Source: Bugula neritina
Lineage: Eukaryota; Animalia; Bryozoa
Direction: 5' to 3'
DNA: 64,000 nt
Assembly (NCBI GenBank): GCA_964035545.1
Contig: OZ037765.1
Location: 21,142,995 to 21,206,994, forward strand
Shown: positions 55,025-64,000 of the stretch, one piece after another
How positions within the stretch are numbered: the stretch's first letter is position 1
Layout: every line of letters begins with the position of its first letter
Translations under genes and position numbers: made by a program
The notes under the pieces: model-generated
Told to the model about the DNA's origin: nothing
What the model saw: only the letters and a program-made list of their open reading frames with translations
The model's database searches: none

Positions 55025-58000
55025 TGTGACCAGTCGCGACAAAACCGGGGATGTGGCGGCGTTTATTAAGTGTAGTAAATGAAGGTTTAATTTGGAAATA
55101 CTTAAATTTGAAATTAATTTCCAATTTTTAGATTTTAGACTTTTCTAGTGCAAAAAAATCTAAGGATTTCAAAAATCATACTTTCGTAAGCATTTGATGA
55201 TTCCTTCAGCTCTAAAATTGCATTTAAAGTTGGTAACTAAGGCTTTCAATTTTTTAAATGATGAAAAAATTGCGAAGTTATCGATTAAAGAAAGAAGACA
55301 ATTTTAGTCACTTTCATAGCATGAGATCTTGCAAATTTATTTTTTATCAACTGAATTTAGCTTACACCTCTTTCTTCGTACTGTCAGAAGCATCATATTT
55401 AAAATCGAAGGCTAGTTTTAGTTTTTCATCGTGTTCCATCCAAAGTTAGCTTTTAAGTTACTGAGCTGTTTTGCCCTTTGGTGATAAATGCTGAACTTAA
55501 TCTTTATCTTTAGCGTTCAAGCTTGAAAACCACAACAATACAGGTAATTATACTCAAAACAATCATTTACGCTACTAACTTAAAATTGTTGCCAGGATTA
55601 TTTGTAGTTATCAATTTAATAATATTTATACTATCACTAGGAGTAGGAGTCTGTCTTAGTCTATTCTATTCTATACTACTACTAGTAACTATTTAAATGA
55701 CTTTCACTATGACTCACAGTTTGAGGTACGGTTACTCATAATGATAATCATAATGACTATTATTCATGATTTACTGATACTGGTATTTGGTAGTAAAACC
55801 AAATGTAACTCATTAATAATAATACTAATAGTATTAGTATTATTATTATTATTACTAATAGTATAACTATAAGTATAAGTAATTAATAATTATAAATTCA
55901 CTATTACAATTAGTATTACTATTACTAATTACTTATTAGTATTACTGTATTATTATTTGGGTCTGACTCTGAGTTTCGCCTTTGCTATTAAAACTTGATA
56001 CTCATACTGATAGTATTATATTTATTGATTTATTCTATAGTTGATATTTCAATTTACATTAGACTTACTCTTACTCCTAGTAACTTTTAGCCTCTGTCTT
56101 AGATTTTGTCAATACAGTTACTGATTACTATTACGATTAGTATTAACATTAGGCCTACTAGTACTAGTCAAACTACCGGTTCCTTTTGTGATTTTTAAAT
56201 TAGCTCAAAGTTTGATTTAAAATATAATGATAAAATCTTTATCACATTATGCAGGCTTACAGTTAGTGTTACTATCAAAACTCAATTGATAATCATATTT
56301 ATATTCATAAAAGCATCACCTATAACCAAATTGAAATGATAAATGTGACTAAATGTAAATGATTATAATGATGAAATATTAATGCGAGTTCATGATGATT
56401 CTATAGTTGACTGACTTAGTTTTTCAGTAAGTTACTTTTAGTCTTATTTAGTGAGTAGTAACACTAGCTGAATGCATAAATAGTCTAAACTTTTTAATTT
56501 TATTATAAGATGAGCAAAAATTTATTCATATTTTAAAGTAATTCATTGAATTCAAATTGATTTTATAGTAAATGTCTCTAATAGATTCAGTTGCACTTAG
56601 CTAGCTTTTTTACTCAATTAAATGCCTGAGTGGTTAATAGTTATCTAAAGACATTGCTTCAAAATTGCCAATTGCAGATATGCTAGATATTCAAGTGCAT
56701 AATGTGTAATTTTACTGGTAATGCTATGTTAATATAGAATAATCCGATATTCTGTACATTTTAGAAAGTGCACTTGTGAGGGCATTAGAGTGAAGACTTA
56801 TACCTACACAACTCTACTACCTATCAATCTAATACTTCTAATGTAGACACTCCAAATTTTGGCTTGCAAGGTTATGGCTTCTGCTTATTTCATTCATAAA
56901 AAGGTTTGCAGTCTTTTAATGATGTGCTTGAAAATTATCAAGCATTTTTTTAATTTAAATTGTTCTGTTTAGTTCAATAAATTTAAACGTTGATGAAATG
57001 CAGGATCACAATTAACTACTGCCATAATAGTACTACAAGAGTGTTCAGCCAACTAAATTTTTATAATATAACTGGGTATAATTTCTAATCAAGCTACCGT
57101 TTCCTTTTGTTATTTAAAAAAAGTCAACATTGTACTTGCAGCTCTGGAATAGACAATAAGTGGGTAGATTTGCAGGATGGAGGTCAAGTAGCAGCATCTA
57201 TAATTGCTAGAAAATCAACTGATGATAGTGATGAAGCTTTTGCCACATACATGATGTTATGTGTCCATACTCCGTAAACTCATATTATGAAGACCAAGAA
57301 AGTAGAAAGATGATAAGTGCCTTCTCTGCAAAAACCGTAGAAGCTATCTAATTTTCTTTTCTTGATAAGAGTTAATTCAAGCATAATGGTTGTATCCAGG
57401 CTGGTTTTTTTACTGCATTTAATTGGTTTTTTAAAATAATGTATTTGATGTTTTAAATGTGAATAATAATGCCTAATAAAACTCAAAAGTTCAAATAGCT
57501 GATTTTATGTTTATAATATTTTCAACATCTCAGCCAAATCAATTGCTAAATTTAGTTGCTGTTAGAGATTATAAAGATATTTATGAATGAACCTCGCATG
57601 ATCTCATAATAGTCAAATAATTTTCTCATAAGTGTTCTACTCATAAAGCAATGATTATGAAACAGCACAGCTCAATAGCTGCAGTTTGATATATTACACA
57701 ATATATTAGAGGAAAGGGAGGTATTCAATGTATAAGAGGAAGCAGCTGCCATTTTGTTTTATATGACTTCCTGCTGACTTGGATGTCTAACTTAAATATC
57801 TCAACACACAAACTTGCTGAAACATCTTCTTTGCTGGAATTGTTAAACCTTTCAACCATTAAACAAAGTAAAAAGCAAATTGACAAATAAATTAGACAAA
57901 AAGTTTGGCGGCCATATTTGACCTAATTTTATGTTGAGGCAGCATGAAATTTAGTTTAACAGAAAGCCCAAACTTTCACAATTATTTTGATACCAAATTT

Positions 58001-58289
58001 GTCACTATTCCTGTTATACAAAGACCCGTTGCTAAGGCTTGTAAATTGTAAACAAATAATTCTCAACTTATTCTAGAGTTGCCAACTTTAAACGCGATTT
58101 TCTCGAAACAGTAATTTAGAAATTCTAAAAACGTTAAGGTTTTTAAATACTGATATCTCGAGTTCTACTTATGCTAGAGACTTCAAATAAAATGCAAAAT
58201 GTTCAAAAAAGTCTGCTCTATCACTCCATAGTAATAATTAGGTATCCAACATTTTATATACATCCCTTGTTTTGTGGTGCCAGGTCACA
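55025..58289. mobile_element. Putative non-autonomous DNA transposon (or two opposed ends of related elements) with diverged terminal inverted repeats
   Basis: Left end TGTGACCAGTCGCGACAAAACCGGGGATGT. Reverse complement of right end TGTGACCTGGCACCACAAAACAAGGGATGT. Both ends are flanked by TA (or ATAT if the termini start at GTGACC). A second matching motif, AAAATYGCRTTTAAAGTTGGYAACT, lies 188-189 nt inside each end. No transposase ORF seen. Confidence 0.6.
55610..56480. repeat. AT-rich tract with about 6-bp periodicity, containing a 35-bp near-perfect palindrome
   Basis: CATAAT GATAAT CATAAT GACTAT; TATAAC TATAAG TATAAG; palindrome at 55814-55848. Confidence 0.75.
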
Positions 58290-59615
58290 TATTTTAATAA
58301 TGAAGTGATGCATGTGGTGAGCACATGACCAGAGCTTATAGTTTTCATTGTCTACAAGTTTATTGGGGAAGATAACTCTGATGCAGACTTGTACACACAA
58401 ACTAGACAGCTCTTGACAGAATTAGAACCAGAGTCTATAATAAAACAATTGATAAAGCTTCATATTTGGCAGCCGCTAACACACTGTTGGTATAAACTAT
58501 GCAAGCCAGTGTTATGTAAGAACATCTATAAACTAAGTTACAAGCCACTTTTAACATTGGCGTAGTTTCCCTCCTGCCTAGGTGGACCAGGTGCTCTTAC
58601 CAGTCTGTTTTCTTGAGGTAGTCTCACAGTTACTTAGCCACATAATAAACCAGATCTTCCCTGTTTAAAGTTTCTGCTCAGCTGCAGACTATATTTAGTG
58701 AAAAGATAATCTTTTACTAGCTCTTTATCACTACCAAAGCACAGCTGATTTTTAACTCAATAAAACAGGCATTTTTTAAAATTTTGTCACATTTTATATG
58801 TTTTTTCTTCAATTATAATTACAATGAATACTGAATGTTTAATTTTACTATTTACAAAGAAGACTGAAACTTCACATTCTAAATAATCTGATTAATAATA
58901 CTTCATAAAAAGAAATTTGCTCAAGTAAAGAAAAAATTAAAATATGCACTCATCAAAATGGTGCATCGTGGTTGTATGTGTGGAGAAATATAATATATGT
59001 ATCTTCACACATGCAACCATATGTATTACTATCCAGGTATATGTAGCAAATGCAAAGGAGAGTATGTTAAAATAAACTAACATAATTTTATTGACTGCAT
59101 GTAAATGCACTAGGAAATCACATAACATAATATGTTACAACAGTAACTGATGAAAAATGTAGCAAAACAAATAAAACAAATAAAAGGGTATAATGGAAGA
59201 AAGTTAGATATTTACGACCAAGTATAAAGTTGACATATATTTTGTGTCAATATTTTAAAAATCAAAATCAGTGTTGATATGAACCATGTATATATCAAAA
59301 CTGACATGCTAAAAATTGTCTACAAAATTGATCCAGCTGCGTACCATCAAAAGCGGGTGCCAAATAGTTTTTCAACCGTGGCTCCTAAAAAGCTAGGAAA
59401 ACTGCAGTTTTTTGTAAAACAGCATTACCAAATTTATAGTTAAACATAAACATTTGTGCTTAAGAGTAATCATGCGTATAACTTGGAATGAAAAACTACA
59501 CTCTGTTTAAATGTTTGTAAGTAGTAATGATGGTAATGATCAAGTAATTTATCTTATATGACTGAGTATGATGTGTATGCAGTATGTGCAACTATACAGC
59601 ATAAAATTATATATG

Positions 59616-59722
<107 letters not shown>

Positions 59723-59764
59723 ACGTCTAATCCATTGTAGCACCCTGACTGCCTGACCCAAGAA

Positions 59765-61292
<1,528 letters not shown>

Positions 61293-61711
61293 TTATGAAA
61301 AATAAAAACTATAAGCCAAAATTTTAAGTTATGTGACTTTTGCATCTGTGTAAAAAAGTTGGAATTAATTTTAGCCAGTGGCTCATTGTATTAATTCCTA
61401 GTTTTCATGCTATTCCTCGACTGCAAAATTTATCTACAGTCACTCATAATTGATAGAATTGATTATTACAAACAAAAATAAAGCAAACGAACTACAAAAA
61501 TTTTGATAAGACAAATAGTATTACTTTTAATTTATTACCCAGCAAAACTTTAGTCTATAACTATAAGTATAATTAAAACTTTCAGTTATAATAATTATCG
61601 CGAGTTTAAATCACAAAGAAAAAACTTAAAAGCCTAAGCTCAACATTCGCTGTGACTGAGTCAATACAAAAGTGTTGTGCAATTTTGTTTCAGCAAAATT
61701 CTGGCACTCAC

Positions 61712-62000
61712 CTAAGTAAGTTCAATGCTTTCCACAAAGTAAAATATAAACAATGCTTTTTAAATTGACGATATCTGCAAAGTGAATGGTACTAGTTACT
61801 AGCAGATTCAGGCAGGTATGTGGAGCAGTTGTTATACTTGTATCCGTGGGAACAGACGCCTGCGCATGCGTTTAAAATGGTTTGATTCATTTATGAGAAA
61901 ATGAAGTTGTCCTACCTCAAACATTACGACGATTTTTAAAAGCAACCGGAGTAACAACTCCTAGTAACATTATCGATAAAGTAATAATTGTAATGGCAAC
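61712..62000 (-). promoter_or_regulatory. CAPSL promoter/first exon with RFX X-box-like and NRF1-like motifs
   Basis: Minus-strand donor TAG/GTGAGT at 61711; GTATCCGTGGGAAC (61840-61853); TGCGCATGCG (61861-61870); ATTGTAATGGCAAC (61987-62000). Confidence 0.55.
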
Positions 62001-62648
62001 AAAATATTATTTACACGAAATCATGCTGCAAAAATGGGTGGCTTGTGTAGTATCTGTGGGAAGTATATTTATTTCCCCAACCTTCCATGTATTAAATACC
62101 TGCAACAGAAGACGTGATATTATATTATATAGTAAAAGTTCCAAGAGACGATAACTCAGTTAGCAGTGCCGCATATCCATGCGGCACCACACCACTCATT
62201 ACGGTTAGAACCGCCAGAACTCCCAGCGGCCAATCAGAACTAACCCTTTAGATATAAACAGCGCCTTCCAGCGCCCAGCCTCAGTTGGAGGATAACTGTC
62301 ATGTAGACTAGGATAATATTGTACAACTGTTCTATATGTGTATTCTTTTGCAATTGCTGATAACTTTACTTGTATGTAATTAGACATAAAATATAGATCT
62401 TCTTCAAATGCTATCTACTTCAGTTTCTCTCTCAAACCTCGGAGCAGGTTATGAATCAGTAATTTGTGTATACAATAACACCCCACTATTCGTAGAGCAT
62501 AAAATTACAACACTTGAATGCAACTTATACTTATTATTAAATAAGTAAAACAATAAAAAATGACATATTTTTATTAACATATAAAAGTAAAAACTAAAAT
62601 AATTTTACTTATATATCAGTTAAAATGAACACATATTGAAAAGCTTGC

Positions 62649-64000
62649 TTAAACAGCTGTTCCATGAGTTTGCCCTGTATTCAAAGCAACGTCAGATAAT
62701 GAGGTATCTGCTGTTGTATTAGTCATAGATTTTCGAGCAGCTGTAAGCAATACGTTGTGAATCCATTTGCTAGTGTCCACTGCATGTTCATTAATGGGTG
62801 GCCAAGGATTTCCTGCAATCAAAAGAGGTGCTATGTGATTAATAAACAAAGCAGCATCGAAACAAAATACTGTTTTTACAATAGTAAGTGATAGATGGAA
62901 TTGCATAACTGTAAGCATTAGCTATTCCAATGCATTCCATTACCTTTTAATTCTAGTACAGCTTGCATCCTATTTTCAGGATAAACATTTGGTAGTTGGT
63001 ACTGTTCAGTGTAGCTGGTTGAATAATTCTTATATCTAGGCACTAGTGTGTTGAATAATTTGTGAACCAGATCTTTGTCCTAAAAGAAACAATTTGCACT
63101 TTAAACAAAAATTGTAATCTATTAATAACCTAATTACAATACATTGTACAATATATACTTGTTATTATACTAATATATTCATGTACTTGAAAAGCAAATG
63201 TATTTTATTGAAAAAGATTCCACCTGTAAGTGCATTAATTTGCTGGAACACAGAGCAGCAGCTATTCAAAAAGCAAAAAAAAACTAAAATTCTATATAGA
63301 CACTAGACAGTGTTCCTAACGGTTGCTAGGAAAGCTTTGACTTGCTAATTTACAATTAGATATTACTTTTAAACAAATATAAAGTTGTTCATACTGTGAG
63401 GGCTTAGATACAACCTACTTATGACAAAATATTTTTTTCTGTTGTAGTAAAAGAAGTTATATATGCTTGTTTATACCAAAGATAGAGCAAATTGCTAGTA
63501 GCTGTTACTTACTAATAGCCAAAAGTCAGCCATTTCCACAACCTCCTTGTTCTTAGGACCATGCATGGCCGCTTGTTGTATCAACTAAAGCGAAATTAAA
63601 AAAAACTTATACAACACATCAGAAAAACAGCTCTAATTTAATAGCATTATACAAAAATATTAATTTGAATCTTTTAAAAAAATATTTTGTTTTTCAATAC
63701 CTAACCAAAAAACAATATAATATGATGTCAAAAACATTCCACACACTATGATGTCTTATATTTATCTTAGTTCATTTAAAGACTACAGTTTTAATTACAG
63801 ACCACGACTTAAACCCACCAATTCTGCATAGGCTCGAGACTCATCTAAGACAGCGAATGAGCCTTCTAGCCTTTCATGTCGCATCAACTGTGTCACTGTC
63901 ATGCGTATTCTCTCTATACGACCTTCAGGGCCACTTCCAAGGCCCAGTGTCCCCCTTAGCTTTCTAGGCCTCCGATTTAGCGGAACTCGAAGCCTATTCA
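62649..64000 (-). CDS. MRPL17: Mitochondrial ribosomal protein bL17m (5' end cut by window edge), 4 exons
   Basis: Exons 64000-63819, 63584-63513, 63079-62944, 62812-62649. GLGSGPEGRIERIRMTVTQLMRHERLE...LDESRAYAELLI...MADFWLLDKDLVHKLFNTLVPRY...AVLELKGNPWPP. The window starts with TG in frame, possibly the last two bases of the ATG. Confidence 0.93.

Overview
AT-rich, intron-containing animal genomic DNA. The NR1J-type receptor points to a protostome invertebrate (inference). By joining exons manually across splice sites I recovered nine protein-coding genes in nearly alternating orientation: an NR1J/HR96/DAF-12-like nuclear receptor (+), USP14 (-), RAB23 (+), CZIB/C1orf123 (-, absent from the ORF track, one GC-AG intron), CDC23/APC8 (+), FAM184A-like (-), PPP1R3-type glycogen-targeting subunit (+), CAPSL (-) and MRPL17 (-, cut by the window edge). 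Three pairs are head-to-head. Non-coding elements are a tRNA-derived SINE, a 3.3-kb interval bounded by diverged inverted termini, an intronic duplication in USP14, and microsatellites. The most unusual signal is a class of AT-rich tracts with about 6-bp periodicity just downstream of nearly every apparent promoter, sharing exact 14-20-mers up to 40 kb apart. Also notable are nuclear-receptor response-element-like repeats 3' of the NR1J gene and three in-frame alternative first exons for it. Gene models were read by eye; regulatory calls are hypotheses.
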